Source of the DNA: Camelus ferus
Lineage: Eukaryota
Direction: 5' to 3'
Assembly (NCBI RefSeq): GCF_009834535.1
Contig: NC_045697.1
Span: 43,898,001 to 43,962,000, forward strand
Length of the DNA stretch: 64,000 bases
How positions within the stretch are numbered: position 1 is the stretch's first letter; the number at the start of each line of letters is the position of its first letter. This document shows, one piece after another, positions 50,721-64,000 of the stretch. A program made the position numbers and the translations under genes. Below the pieces are notes generated by a model. That model did not search any database. It was not told the origin of the DNA and was given only the letters and a program-made list of their open reading frames with translations.

Positions 50721-52988
50721 AAACAATATCTAGATGGACATCCTTGTAATAAATCTACTATTGCTGAAAGATACAAAAGAAACTGGCATCAGTAAAAGCT
50801 TCATACGGGGGGATGGTGTAACTGGGGGACCAGAGAGGGAAGGAGACTTACTTTTCACTGCATACTCTTTTATGGCTTTTGAATTTTGTACATTTACCTA
50901 TATTATTCTTTCCAAGTAAATGGCACAATATTTAGAGAGAAAATTAATGAAAGTGATCAGTAAATAAGAGAAAAAAAATAGAATTCACTTAACCAACAGA
51001 ACCAAACAAGGCTTTGTCAGCAAGAAAACTGTGCCTGGGTCAGCAGGACAAGAGGAAATACTGGACAGTATGACATTCTTGAGATGAGAAACAAGACAGA
51101 GGTCCTGAGGGTAGGGAGGAATTTAGGAGGAATCTGTGCAGAGGTCATATAATAAAACCACATGGAGGAGGTTTTCTAGTGGGAGGATGTTGTATCAGCA
51201 GAAAGAAAAACACAGTTTGAAGAGCTGAAGGTAGCAGGGTTGACATGACCATGATCTGGGTCCGGGAAAGCTTCCCAAAGAAACTGACAACTGAGCTGAA
51301 ACCTAGAAGACAAATAGGACTTAACTAGCCAAGAGGGACAGGGCAGTGTAGGCAGTGGGTGAAAGAGTGTGTGCAAAGGCTCTGTGGAGGGAGTGCACAG
51401 ACTCAATTCTCCCCCAGTGCCCACACACACGGCTAACCCACTGCCACCAGTTTATCCCGATTTAGCGATCAGAATGTTCAATTCTCCCTTTGTCTGAGAG
51501 AAACCCTCCTCCATAAGGCTAAACTAGTGGAAGGGGGGCAATCTGTGTATCAGGGGTAAGATATTTGACGTAAGTTGCACGAAGCCTGCGATTTTCTGTC
51601 TTGTTCACTGGTACATTTAAGATTATTACCTCCATCTTACCCGAAACTGAAGCACAGGTAAGAGAATCAACTTGTCTCTCCAAGATTGCACAGTGAGTGA
51701 CTAAGCGGTATTTTTTTGGTGCTTATTCAGGTATGCAGGTATGGCTTCATTCGGGCTCTGGCTCCAAGTCCCTTGGTTGCACTCAATCCTCCCCCACTGA
51801 TTTTCTCTCTGCATCTCAGAAAAAACTGATGGAGAAACTTTGAGCTGAAAAGCCAACAAACGAGCATTTAAGAATCATTCCTGCAGACTTTAAGTTAAAA
51901 CCCAGAGACTGGAAAAACAGTCATCAGCAGAAAGGAGAGAGTTCAATGAATTCCTAGAAGACGTAAAGTAAGTGGAGAAATAGCAGTTGAAGAACAAATA
52001 GAGGAAGCTGTGGTCTAGAACACTTGTAGAGGAGGCCGAAAGGAAGTGGGAGTTTTATCTTTCCTATAAGAATCCCAGTTACTGTTTCAGAAATAATGAA
52101 AACAATGGAAGATGGAATTAAGACATGCATTGGCATCAGAAACAATAACTGAATGAAATAATATAAGAGATTTTCCTAGCACTGAAGGATATGTCTTTGG
52201 AATGAAAGGATCGACAAAGGACTCAGCACAATGAAAGGAGGAAACATAAGCATAAAAATGAAAATGCTAAAAGCTTCCAAAAACATACTGCTTCCAAAAG
52301 AATAAAAATTAAATTGACTTCTCAGTCACATCTGATGGTAAAAGACCATGGAGCAATGCCTTCAAAATTCCCAAGGAAATTTATAGACAAGAGTGCACAT
52401 AACATACAAACATGGCTTAAAAATAATAGTGAAATGAACACCCATGAACCCAACACTCTGCTAAAGGTATTTCACATCACTAGTGCCTGTGACACCTGAG
52501 GGCCCCGCCCTGATCCTGCTCCCTTTTCCCAACTTTGCGCTAACCATTTCTTTGATTTCCTTTACAGTTTCGCCACATATGCATGTACTGCTGACCTATA
52601 TAATCTTGGTTTGGAAATATGTATTAAAAAACATATATTCATTATATGAAATTTCTACAAGTATCTTCCCATCACATGCATTCCTCTGACTAGCCTTTTC
52701 CACTTGTGTTTTTCTGAGCTCACCCGTATTGGTGCAGACAGCTGAACCAGCTGAACGTCAGGGTTCATGCATTTTCACTGCATTCTAGTATTATTGGTCT
52801 GATGGTAATACAGTGACGCTAGCTTGCTTTTGGCTAGTTGCCTGGTAGACTTTTATCTATCCCTTGACTTTTAAAGTTTCTTTGTATTATGTTGCTGCAA
52901 ATCTTGATAAGAACGTGTGGCTGCATTTGCTTATTTTAACAACCTGATCTAAGAACTTTCTGTTTTAACTTAGGAATTTAAAGGGAAT

Positions 52989-53140
52989 GCTCACAGTGAA
53001 AAAAAATGTGACAATGAATATATATATGTTCACGTATAGCTGAAAAATTGTGCTCTACACTGGAATTTGACACAACATTGTAAAATGACTATAACTCAAT
53101 AAAAAATGTTAAAAATTTTTTTTCAAATTAAAAAAAATAA
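52989..53140 (+). mobile_element. Short LINE-1 3' end, same young family
   Basis: gctcacagtgaaaaaaaatgtgacaatgaatatat...ctcaataaaaaatgtt closely matches 35125-35246. Confidence 0.88.
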
Positions 53141-54048
53141 AGTGCTTAATACATTTGGCCGGGGTGGGGGGAATCTGCCATCTTACTTTCTGCTTTCTCT
53201 TCCTCTCTTTTCTCTCTTCTTTCTTACCTTCTTTTGGATTGAGCCCCCTCACTTTCAGCTCATCCCTCCTTCCCATAAGAGACTTTATTTTAAACACAGA
53301 ATTCTAAATATAATTAAACTATGAAGTGCAAAGGAAGAATAAAACATTTTTCAGACGTGGAAAGACTCAAAAATGCACTTCCCACCCCTCCTGTCTTAGG
53401 AAGTCACATTCAGTGTGATCTAGTCAAACAGAGTAAACAACGCAAAAGGGTGATCTGGAGTTTAAAAAGCCCTGGGGAGGAATAAAGAAAAGTTTTGGAC
53501 AGAGAGAAACACAGCAGGTCTAGAGAACAACTGATCCAAATTGGAACAAGAAGGTAGATGTTTTAGGAAGGAACAATCTAGAGAAAACAAAATTCCCAAG
53601 ATTTGAAATTGACATTCAGAAGACGTTTAAAGTGCATAAGAAATAAAGAACAGTGAATAGAAACTTCAGGGGAAAAAAAGTCCTGACTCCTCAGTTAACT
53701 AACTGTGACATTTCCCTAGTTGTTAACTTTTCTGCCTGGACGTCTCCTCACTCTTAAAATAAATTTCCTAAGGTTCAGCCTTCCTCAGAGGGCTGTCATG
53801 AGGACCAGGTTAGTTAATAATTGCAGAGTGATTAGAAAAGTGCCCAGCAATTAGTAAGTGTGCATTGAACGGACAAAGAAAAATGAACCTTGGCTCTGTC
53901 CTTAACAATAGTCATATAGTCACAATAATACTAATATTGCTTTTTTGAACTATTTAGATTCAACGATTGGACAATATACAAATTACTTAATTACAGGTAC
54001 AGAACAGAATGTAAGTTTTATCAACTTCAAAAATAGAAAAGTATAAAC

Positions 54049-54249
54049 AATAAGCTCCTAAAAAATAATAAAAATAAATAAATTAATTAATAAGGTTCTA
54101 CTGTATAGCACAGGGAACTATATTCAATAGCTTGTAATAGCCTGTAATAAAAAAGAACGTGAAAAGGAATATATGATGTGTAACTGAATCACTATGCTAT
54201 ACCCCAAAAACTAACACATTATAAATCCACTATACTTCAATTTTTTTTA
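54049..54249 (+). mobile_element. Artiodactyl-type L1 3' end
   Basis: ctactgtatagcacagggaactatattcaat...aactgaatcactatgc motif; imperfect flanking direct repeat aaaaatag(a/g)aaagta. Confidence 0.8.
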
Positions 54250-56859
54250 AAAAATAGAGAAGTAAAACCAGAGAGAACAGAAGCTAGGAGGCAGAAATGG
54301 AGAAGAGGGCAACAAGACAGGGTCAGGTCACCACTCTTCTTGCCTCTCAAAACAGAAAATCGAGGGATACTGTCTAAATAAGAGAGAACCAAACACAAAG
54401 GTCTACGTGTAGCATTTAAAGTTATGAAGGAATTAAAGTAGGAACTGAAAATAGTCCTGGTGCTGTGTTGGGAGGGGGGACTGAGGGGGAAACTAGAAGT
54501 GCATAACCTTCTTCTACCTCCCTGCAAGCCATAGATAATGTCCAAAATTATTATCAAAAAACAACAGTATAATATATTATCGAGGGACAACATGACAATA
54601 TCCCAGGAAAACTAAAAACAGAAACAGAAATATCTGAGTTAAAATGCTTTCCCTCTGTGGAGCAGGATTACAATGACAGAAAGGTAGAGCAGGAAACTGC
54701 TGCTTCTCTGGTTAAAAAGCCTTCTGTATTATTTGAAAACGTTTAATCATGTGCATGTCCTACTTTCAAAAAAATGAAAAGAAAACTTTCTAAAAATATG
54801 CATTCACAGTTTTTCTGGAGACAGCATTGCAATTGTCGAGTTCTGAAGTGGCTCCTACAATTTGCCGTCACTGGCCTCCTAAATTGTTTTCAACGTCTTA
54901 AACGAAGGTGAAATTTCTCTCTGATGCAGAGAGGAGGCTGAAGTGCTGAACAAGTATTTTTGAAGTGTGAGGAGGTACACATTGCTTGCCTTCCTAGGGA
55001 GTCCTCAAGACTTGGCGTCTCAGTTTTAGCTATATATTCCTTTTTTCCTTTGGTGAAGAATTGGCAGGTTTGCATAATAACTAAAGTCTTCTATAACCTC
55101 CGGAAGCTTCTCCCATAGCTATGATTTCTCATTTGCACCTTGGTTTTGTTGTTGGGTGGGATGGGGAGGAAGCTCTGAGGGATCAGGGCCCTGCCTTGAT
55201 ATTGGGTAAGAGGTTCAAGATATCTTGAGGGTCCTTGGGCTCAATAACGGAGCTGAGTCTTGGACCATCTGAGCACGGTGGGATGCCAGGGAAACCAGAA
55301 ACACAGCTAGGACCTTGGGTTCCTACTGAGCCATCACACAGGGACCAAGGGACACACCGGGGTAAAATTGTGCCCTCCTCTTCTGCAGACTCCTTCCAAG
55401 TGCCAGGCAAGCCTGTGCCACCCAGGCTGAATCTTTTCAGTCTCTGCTCCAGCCTGTTGAGAGGAAACCCTGTCACTTTATATGATGTGGCCTTCCCCAA
55501 GCCATGCGGCCACTCCTTACTTCAGACAAGGCCAGTCTGCCATCAGAAGGAACAAAAATAAGACAGAAAGAGATCTCAGCCGTGCTCAAGTCCCCAGTTC
55601 TGGTTATTTCAAAAGGCTGTTTAGATCCCTGTCCTCAGGCTCTTGTTTCTTTTTTGTTTTGTTTGTTTTGTTTTGTTTGTTTTGTTTTGTTGGGGAAAGA
55701 GGGGCAGGTGAGTAGGTTCTGTTACCTGTAACCTATGCATGGTCTCTCCCTAATGAGAGTTGCCACATTTCATGAAGAAAGCTGGGCCTGTCTACAAGTC
55801 TGTAGCTCTTGAGCATGGAGACAGTGTTCCCCCAAGAAATGGACAGTCTCCCACCTAGCTGCCGAAGGACAGGAATTTAACCCACGATAAAGATAAAGCT
55901 TGCCCAGGGAAACCAACGTCACAGCCCCTTCCCCAGTACATCCTCCTTATCATAAAACCACATTCTCAATTACAACTTTCTGGAAAAGTATTTCCACCAG
56001 ATATAAACTGACATGGTGTTGGCATGAGCTGGAGGTGGGTGAGGATCTAAGCACAGAGATAGCTTGCCCCCAAACTGGTGTTGTAATATTTATAATTCTC
56101 CTTTACCAAGTGTGTTGTAAATCACCTGGTCTTTATTCATTTCATTTTCCTTCCTCCTGAGAGAATGTTTGTTAAGGAAATGTACCTGTGAGCAGGGCTA
56201 CTTCTCTCTGCTGCACTGACAGTCAAAGCAGCTCCCCCACAGTTCAAGCTCATAGACTCTACAGTCTTCTCGCCACATGAAGTTTAATGATGTGCATACT
56301 TTCACTGAAAAACAAGAGATAATAAGCCAGAATGATCTTTGACATCACTCCTTTTAGGATAGAATATTACTTCTGGAGAAATGCCGTGATTTCTAGCAGT
56401 GTTTATAGCAATGGGCCCAGAGTACAAGAAAAGGACATTAAGATTCACTTACACGTGACCTGATAAAAGCCTGAGAAATGGAAATGTTCTACCCTCATTA
56501 GCATCTGGAAATGCTCGATTTTTCCATGCAAATATTTACATAATGGCCAATTTTCCATTTAGAAGAATATTACTGATAATTTCACAAGAAGCTGGCCCTC
56601 TGTTCCATATGAACGACAGCACCAGTTGCTCCAGATGCTGAGTAGAAAAATGCACGGACAGTGGAGCTTAGCTCCAGCTGTTTTCTTTTTAAGGATGAAA
56701 AGGATTTCTAACTCCCAGCTTTTTAAAATTTGACATATAACTCACATACTATAAAATTCACCTTTTCAGAGTACGATTCAGTGGGTTTAGTGTATTCACA
56801 AAGTTATGCAAGGGTGGGGTTATGGGCTGGGTCTCATTTCCTCTCTACACAAGTGCGAA

Positions 56860-57796
56860 ATAGATGAAGGAAGATAAGCCAGAAACTAAAGAGATTAGTT
56901 ACCTACAGGGGGTGTGTAGATACAGGGTGATGGGAATCGGGTACCAGAGATGAAGAGAGTGTAACTCTTTTCTGAGTATGTTTTCTGTACCCACACTAAC
57001 GGCAGCAACAAAGAAAAGAATTAACTGAAGTAACTTTGGGAAACAGTGTTCTGGCCTGATCCTGTAAAGCGAAAAGCAAAAGAAATGTACACGACAATGA
57101 CACTAGTTAGTAAATCAGTGTCTCACAGAGGTATGGGTTAGCAATTCTGAAACCATCCGGTGTACATACTAGGATTGAACAAATAAGTAAGTGTATCATA
57201 GATAATGAGAGCTCAATTTTTCACGGTCTGAAAAAGAACTGAAAATAAGGCAAGGAGGAAAGCTAGCATTAATTCTTGCGGTATTGAATTAGAATTAGAG
57301 GTATGAAGTTTAGAATTAGAATTATCAGCATGAACACATGGTTTTGGTTGATAGAGCTGTATGTACGCACATCCACATGTGTATCCATGTACATATTGAT
57401 GCATATGTACACGTAAATGTACGTATATCTCCTCGCTTTACCGAAGCAGCCTAAGAGCAATGAGAACCCAACAGCAGTGAGCCCACCTCGCACCCAGATC
57501 TTTTCTAAATACCATTCTCCAATGAAAGGAACCAGAGCTCCTTGGAGACGAGGTTAATTTAGCATAGGTACTCTACAAACAAGTCATGAAAAGCAAAGAA
57601 AAACTGGGGCATTTCTCCAGGTTGGAGGAGATTGAGAGAGATGACAACTAAATGTAATGTCGAATCCTGGGTTGAATCCTTGAGCAGAAAATGGAAAAAC
57701 GCTTAAGATTCAAATCATGTCTGTGGCTGAGCTAATTTTATTGTACCAATGTTGATTTTCTGGTTTTGATCACCTTCCTGTGGTTATATGAGATGT
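56860..57796 (+). mobile_element. Ancient L1 (L1MC/MD-type) 3' UTR, cut by the duplication junction
   Basis: ggttagcaattctgaaacc, ataccattctccaatgaaaggaaccagagctccttggaga, atgacaactaaatgtaatgt motifs. Confidence 0.7.
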
Positions 57797-57810
57797 TGAT
57801 TTTACAAGAA

Positions 57811-60800
57811 ATCTGCCTTTCGACACCTTCATCAAAGCCCAGATGTTTTTGGAGACAGTGGTGGAGGGACAGGGAATGGGGGCAGTTGGGGGGGGTCTTA
57901 TACTTGTATGACCAAGAATATTCACTTCATTGTTCGTCTTTTAGTTTTTATTGATTAAAACAAAATAGAGATGTGTTCATCTGAGACCCAGGGGCTGATG
58001 GGTCTCCAGTTTTAAATTTGAAGAACAGAAACCAATACACTTTCCCCAGAATGATACTCCTTTTGTGTTCCTTTAGCCCCTAGTCCAGCATTATCCCAGT
58101 CGGCCCACTTCCCGGAGACAGTGCACAGCAAACCTCTCAGTCTGGCCCAGAACAGTCCAGGGATGGCTGGTGGGGGCAGTGCTGCTTGTTTGGTGCATTC
58201 AGGTTCCGCTATGGCCGTCAAGTTACTTACATTTAAAATGGAACTAGTGTTCTGCTTCTGATTTCTCTGGACTCACCTGGCTAAAGATAGACTTTTAAAA
58301 CATCTGATGATCCTTTCAAACCAAGAAACTACATTTTCCACCCCTAAAACTGAAAACAAAATTCTCTCTCCCAGAACAAAAGAAGAATCTTCCCCAAAAT
58401 CTGCAATTTTCACTGAGAGCAAAAACACACATTTCTGGCAGCTCAAGGGTAGCCACTTTTTAAGGTTTCCAGCCATCAAACGCATTTAGGTCCAAAGTCT
58501 GAGAGGCACAATCAAGAAAAGATAAATGCGAATGAATCAGGCTGGGGGACTTGAAGAAAAGGAAGAAATTTAGGATAGTGTGCTTTCAGCTTGAGCAGCC
58601 AAATGGAGGGGAGGGCCACTAAGCCAAATGGGCAAGTCTGGAGTGGGGTGGGAGGAGAGGTTTTGAGAAAACTGAAAGCTCTCTTTGGACTCGTCAAGTT
58701 TGAGATGTCTATGCAGCATCCAAAGGAACAAGTCAGGAAAGCAGACATCAAGAGGTTGTCGGTCAAAGGAGAGACCCAGTGAGGAATCGCAAATTTCGGA
58801 CTTGATGGCACTACACTGGTGCTTGAATCGATGGCAGTGAATGAGAGGAGCTAGGAAGGGCAGAGACAGAAGAAAGAGGGTCTAGGGCCAGGCCTGAGGA
58901 ACTCCAAGATTTGGACATTAGTTAGAAAATGAAACATTAACAAAATTCAGAAGGAGCAGCTTGTGTGGAGGGGAGAGTGAAACCAAGGGAGATAGAAGAG
59001 GACAGTGTTTCAAAAGTGAGAGACCAAATTATATGCAGACACTTGAACTGTGCTGCTGGAATGGAACTGAAGACCTTTTGGAGAGCTTCTCCCATTTTGC
59101 AGTATGTGTGCGGGGGGATGGGGGACAGGAGCAAATGATTTCTCCTGGGGATGACTATGAAAGGGTAACTATCTTGGGGGAATAAAATGGTCTGATTATT
59201 CCTTTCCACATTTGGAGCGTGATCAAGGCCAGAAAAATGAATGAGTGGAAAGGGTGGCTCCGAGAGGGACAAGGAGAAGGTTAGACACCAGTCAATTTCC
59301 CTTTTTTTGAGTTCCTCTAAATCCCGAAAATCAACTCAGTTTAATCGTGTGGCTCACTAAACAGTCAGGTCCCAAGGGCTGTCTCTGTCCTGAATAATCA
59401 CGTGCAGGAAACTGATCGCTCAGTTTTCCAGATTCCCTCAGAAATAAGCCATCTTTCTGGTGTTCTGCAGGAAATGGCTGTCATCTCATCCTTGGGTCAG
59501 TTTTTTAGGACATGCTGACTTGCATCACATTCTCACACTTCCAGCCAGGACTCTCGGTTCATGGCAGGATGGGAGGTGGGGGATAGAGGGAGGCAGGCTC
59601 TGTCCACTTTTCTTGGCGTGGTGAACTGAAGTCTCACAGAACAGGCTGGCATGTAGACCCCCTAAGACAGACCACGTCGTCTTCATTTCTTCACCCGCTT
59701 CAGAGCTTAGCAGAGAGTGTTGCCATAGGAAGCACTGCACAAATAGTTCATTCAGTAAGTATTTAGTCAGTGCTACTACGTGCCTCTCTGAGCCTCAGTT
59801 TATGAACTTATAAAATGGGCATCATAAGAGTACCTACCCCATAGGGTTGATGTAAAGAGAAAATGAAATAACATAGACTGAAAGTGATTAGAAGACTCCT
59901 TGACACATAGTAAGTGCCCAAGAACAGTTGATTACCTTTGTTATCATGGTTGTCATTTGCCAAGCATCATCCAAAGCTCTGAATAGAAGGTGGTTAAAAA
60001 AAAAAAAAAAAAAGACTATCATCGTGGAGCTAAAATTCAAAAGCTGTTGTTGAACAAATAAATTACTTTTACCACTTTTACCAACAATTTCCGCAAACGA
60101 ATGTTTCCCTTTGTACTTTCACTGAGTGTCTCTACTCACTCCCTGTAAGCTCCCCCATCTCTAGTCATTAAAGAAACACCAAAGAATCAGGAAATTCTTA
60201 CGAGACTTGCAGGTGAGTCATTTCCCTAGAGTGGAAGCATGTGCTTTGGGAGCTCGGCAAGAGTCTGGCCACTTTGTGAAACTGGAGGGGACGCCACAGC
60301 AGTGATGACCTCCACTCAGCCAACATCTCCTGAGTGTGCTCTGTGTGGCCCTGGGGACACGAGGATGGACACCGGGACATGGCATCTGCCCTCCAGAGCT
60401 CAGAGGAGGGGCGCAGCCTGGTCATCCCTGCCTCGGCCTGAGCTGTCCGCACTGCCAGAATTCAAACATGTTTTCTACTATGGGATGAAGATGCGCTGCC
60501 TGTAGTCAACTTGCATGAAGACTGAAGAAATACTGATTCCCACACCTCACCCTGTGTGAAAAAACCCAGAGGGAGGGAGAGAGTGGGAGCCTGTGCTGCT
60601 AACACAATCACTGGTGACTCCAAGACACACCAGAGTTTGAACATTGCTGCTTGTGGGTTAGCGGAAGCTTGATTCTGATCTATGGTCGGTTTCATATTAC
60701 CTGCAGGCTTTAATATCCTGGATTTGTTCCAATTTCTGAGCTCGCAAGCCTTGTATGAATTATCAGGGTGTTAGTTATGTTTACACCAACTACTCTGCTT

Positions 60801-62926
60801 TTGGCTTTCCAAAGCATTTTCCTAGATCATCATTTTTAAATGTTACTTCATTCATCAACACCCAAATAAAAAGTGTTCCACTTTAATTTTTTGCAAATAA
60901 TAAAGATTAAGATGTTCGCCATTATTCCAATTTCTCATGTCTTTCTACAAAAAGAAAAAATCCTCATAAACAGCTTTGTACATTGTATTAGTCACCTACT
61001 CACGCATAATAAACTTCCCTACACTTAGTGGCTTAAAACAACAATGATTATGTATTGGGTCTCATGGTTTCGATGAATCAGGAATTCAGGTGGAATCAAT
61101 GGAGACAGCTTGCCTTTGCTCCATCATATCTGATCCTCGTTTGAAAGACTCAAAGGCTAGGATCTGGGACCACCTGAAGTTCATTCATTCACATGTCTGG
61201 TGGTTGATGCTGGTTTGTTGGCTGAGGGCTTTGCTGGGACTGTTGGCCAAAACATCCACATGTAGCCTCTCCATATAGACTGGTCTTCATTCAAATACGG
61301 TAGTGGGTTCCAAGGACAAGCATGGAGGGTGGGGAGAGCCTCTGTATGACTGAGCTTTGAAGTCATATGGCATCACTTGGGCTGCTGGTCCCTTGGTCAG
61401 GCAGTCAAAAACCTCCACCCAGATTCAGAGAAAGGGAACACAGACTCCTACATGTGGGAATATCAGTCACAATGTAAGAAGAGTAAGTGGGGTGGGATAT
61501 GGACGGCCATCTTCAGAAAATGCAATCAGCTATATGCATGTAATTGGTAATAGGAACTTGTAATAAGATACTCCCAGCACACGCCGATAAAATTATCCTT
61601 GAGCATGGACACATAATTAATGAGGTTAGGAATCTAGAAATACACGACTGAGACTAGCTTAGATTGCACCTAAGTTAAGCCCCTCCCAGTGTGATATCAG
61701 AGCATCCTGTACTTACCACATGGAGCTGAAATTGCCCTGATGTCTGTCTCCCCTGAGAGAGACCTAAAGTCAGGGATTGTGTCTTGTTCACCTTTGGATT
61801 CTCAGGCTCTGTGCTGTCCAGCTATGTGCCTTGTGCTGATCATCCCATGAGCGCTGGGCGACCCAAGAAGCTGACCAAGCACATGCCCAGGGTCCCAGCA
61901 AAGCAAGGACACAGAGAGAGAAGAGAGACAACGAGGTGCTTCTTATCATTTGTCTAGGATTTGGCAAATTAAAAACGCATTTGAATTTCAGTTCATGCAA
62001 ACGACATGTCATTTCAAAAAATAAACATTTATTTTCTCAGAGCATAAGAGCTTGCAAGATTCTGCCCGCAACTCCTTTTCTGCTGTTGACCTCTTCACCA
62101 TGGTGCAGTTACCACCACACCTGTTCATCCCCACAGGTGAGATGAATGTGGAGAGATGCCACTCTCAGTACTGTTCTGTCCCTTTGTTCCATTCTACCAT
62201 CACAGACATGGAATTATGAGTGTATTACGCTTCTCTAAAACACTGGCAGCTACTGGCAATTACAATGGACAGGAGTTAAAAAAAGAAATTATTAAAATGT
62301 GTATATAAAATTTTATTCTGTATGATACTACAGTGGTGGCCACATGTCATTATGCATTTGCCAAAACCCATAGAATGTACATCAAGAATGTACAACCCCT
62401 AATGTAAACCATGGACTTTGGTTGATAATAACGTGCCCTTATTGGTTCATCAATTGTACCAAATGTGCCACACTGACGAGGGATGTTGAGGGTAGGGGAG
62501 TATATATGTGTGGGTGGGGAGGGCTATGTGTGAACTCTGTATTTTCTGCTCAGTTCTGTTGTGAACCTGAAACTGCTCTAAAAGAATAAAGTCTATTTAG
62601 AAAAAAAAAAGAAAGAAAGAATAAAATCTATAATTCAAAGCACATTAAATACTTTGAAAAAAATAACAGTTGTGCATATGTGGGTTTATTGTGTATGTTA
62701 GATTTTTTTGGAAACAAGAAATCTTCAGAATAAGTTAATAAAAGAAAGCAAGGCCCAGAAGAGCATATAGTTATTGTGTGTAAGAAAAAAAACAATATCG
62801 GTGGAGATAGATTAGGAGTTTGGTATTAACAGATATACATTACTATACATAAAATAGAGAAACAACAAAGACTTACTGCACAGGGAACTATATTCAATTT
62901 CTTGTAATGAGCTGTAATGGAAAAGA

Positions 62927-62957
<31 letters not shown>

Positions 62958-64000
62958 AGTGTGTATGAATCACTTTGCTATACACCTGAAACTAACATTG
63001 TAAATTGACTACACTTCAACTAAAATAAAAAATTTTTAAAGAAAGAAAGAAAACAATATCTAGATGGACATCCTTGTAATAAATCTACTATTGCTGAAAG
63101 ATACAAAAGAAACTGGCATCAGTAAAAGCTTCATACGGGGGGATGGTGTAACTGGGGGACCAGAGAGGGAAGGAGACTTACTTTTCACTGCATACTCTTT
63201 TATGGCTTTTGAATTTTGTACATTTACCTATATTATTCTTTCCAAGTAAATGGCACAATATTTAGAGAGAAAATTAATGAAAGTGATCAGTAAATAAGAG
63301 AAAAAAAATAGAATTCACTTAACCAACAGAACCAAACAAGGCTTTGTCAGCAAGAAAACTGTGCCTGGGTCAGCAGGACAAGAGGAAATACTGGACAGTA
63401 TGACATTCTTGAGATGAGAAACAAGACAGAGGTCCTGAGGGTAGGGAGGAATTTAGGAGGAATCTGTGCAGAGGTCATATAATAAAACCACATGGAGGAG
63501 GTTTTCTAGTGGGAGGATGTTGTATCAGCAGAAAGAAAAACACAGTTTGAAGAGCTGAAGGTAGCAGGGTTGACATGACCATGATCTGGGTCCGGGAAAG
63601 CTTCCCAAAGAAACTGACAACTGAGCTGAAACCTAGAAGACAAATAGGACTTAACTAGCCAAGAGGGACAGGGCAGTGTAGGCAGTGGGTGAAAGAGTGT
63701 GTGCAAAGGCTCTGTGGAGGGAGTGCACAGACTCAATTCTCCCCCAGTGCCCACACACACTGGCTAACCCACTGCCACCAGTTTATCCCGATTTAGCGAT
63801 CAGAATGTTCAATTCTCCCTTTGTCTGAGAGAAACCCTCCTCCATAAGGCTAAACTAGTGGAAGGGGGGCAATCTGTGTATCAGGGGTAAGATATTTGAC
63901 GTAAGTTGCACGAAGCCTGCGATTTTCTGTCTTGTTCACTGGTACATTTAAGATTATTACCTCCATCTTACCCGAAACTGAAGCACAGGTAAGAGAATCA
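57811..64000 (+). repeat. Segmental/tandem duplication, copy 2 (continues past window end)
   Basis: Matches 45471-51669 with only a few dozen scattered SNVs/indels by eye (roughly 99.5%). Confidence 0.98.

Larger units (their letters stand above)
45471..51669 (+). repeat. Segmental/tandem duplication, copy 1 (matching part; implied unit 45471-57810, 12,340 bp)
   Basis: Sequence from atctgccttt(g/c)gacaccttc onward recurs at offset ~12,330-12,340; paired ORFs in the track are nearly identical (e.g. 45673/58012, 51176/63506). Confidence 0.98.
51900..54800 (+). mobile_element. Highly decayed HAL1/L1ME-like remnants with nested younger insertions
   Basis: A-rich decayed ORF1-like sequence (atggagcaatgccttcaaaattc; aaaacatttttcagac). 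Confidence 0.45.

Noticed and set aside
45673..51430. Pairs of identical ORFs as conserved coding genes
   Set aside because: Identity simply reflects the recent duplication; the ORFs overlap L2, MLT and L1 remnants.
51655..51663. cag|GTAAGA donor (also near 63990)
   Set aside because: Lies in a MIR core (gaaactgaagcacag); no upstream exon evidence.
1..64000. Exons of expected neighbours (COQ2, COPS4, canonical PLAC8 CDS), and CRISPR or other prokaryote-type systems
   Set aside because: No matching coding motifs or regularly spaced repeat-spacer arrays were seen; the sequence is mammalian intergenic/intronic DNA.

Overview
Mammalian genomic DNA, most likely camelid (alpaca/camel), inferred from tRNA-derived Vic-1-like SINEs and the young L1 3' ends. 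The window is rich in repeats (L1, L2, MIR, MER20/MER5/MER53, ERV1 and MaLR solo LTRs); repeat subfamily names are recalled from consensus motifs, not from a database search. It contains one well-supported protein-coding gene, on the + strand: a spliced PLAC8/cornifelin-family gene with coding exons 24294-24390, 26105-26229 and 30826-30930 (108 aa) and a non-coding last exon from 32637. Its N-terminus (MNPVVSQP...) suggests a PLAC8 paralog rather than the canonical orthologue. The main structural feature is a near-identical direct duplication with a period of about 12.34 kb (45471-51669 repeated at 57811-64000, running off the window end). Its junction has microhomology, a short insert and clustered substitutions, and each copy carries a candidate exon with a strong Kozak ATG. 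An older ~490-bp tandem duplication split by an LTR lies at 14.9-16.2 kb. I found no convincing wholly new biological system; nearly all short ORFs in the track are spurious or L1-derived.
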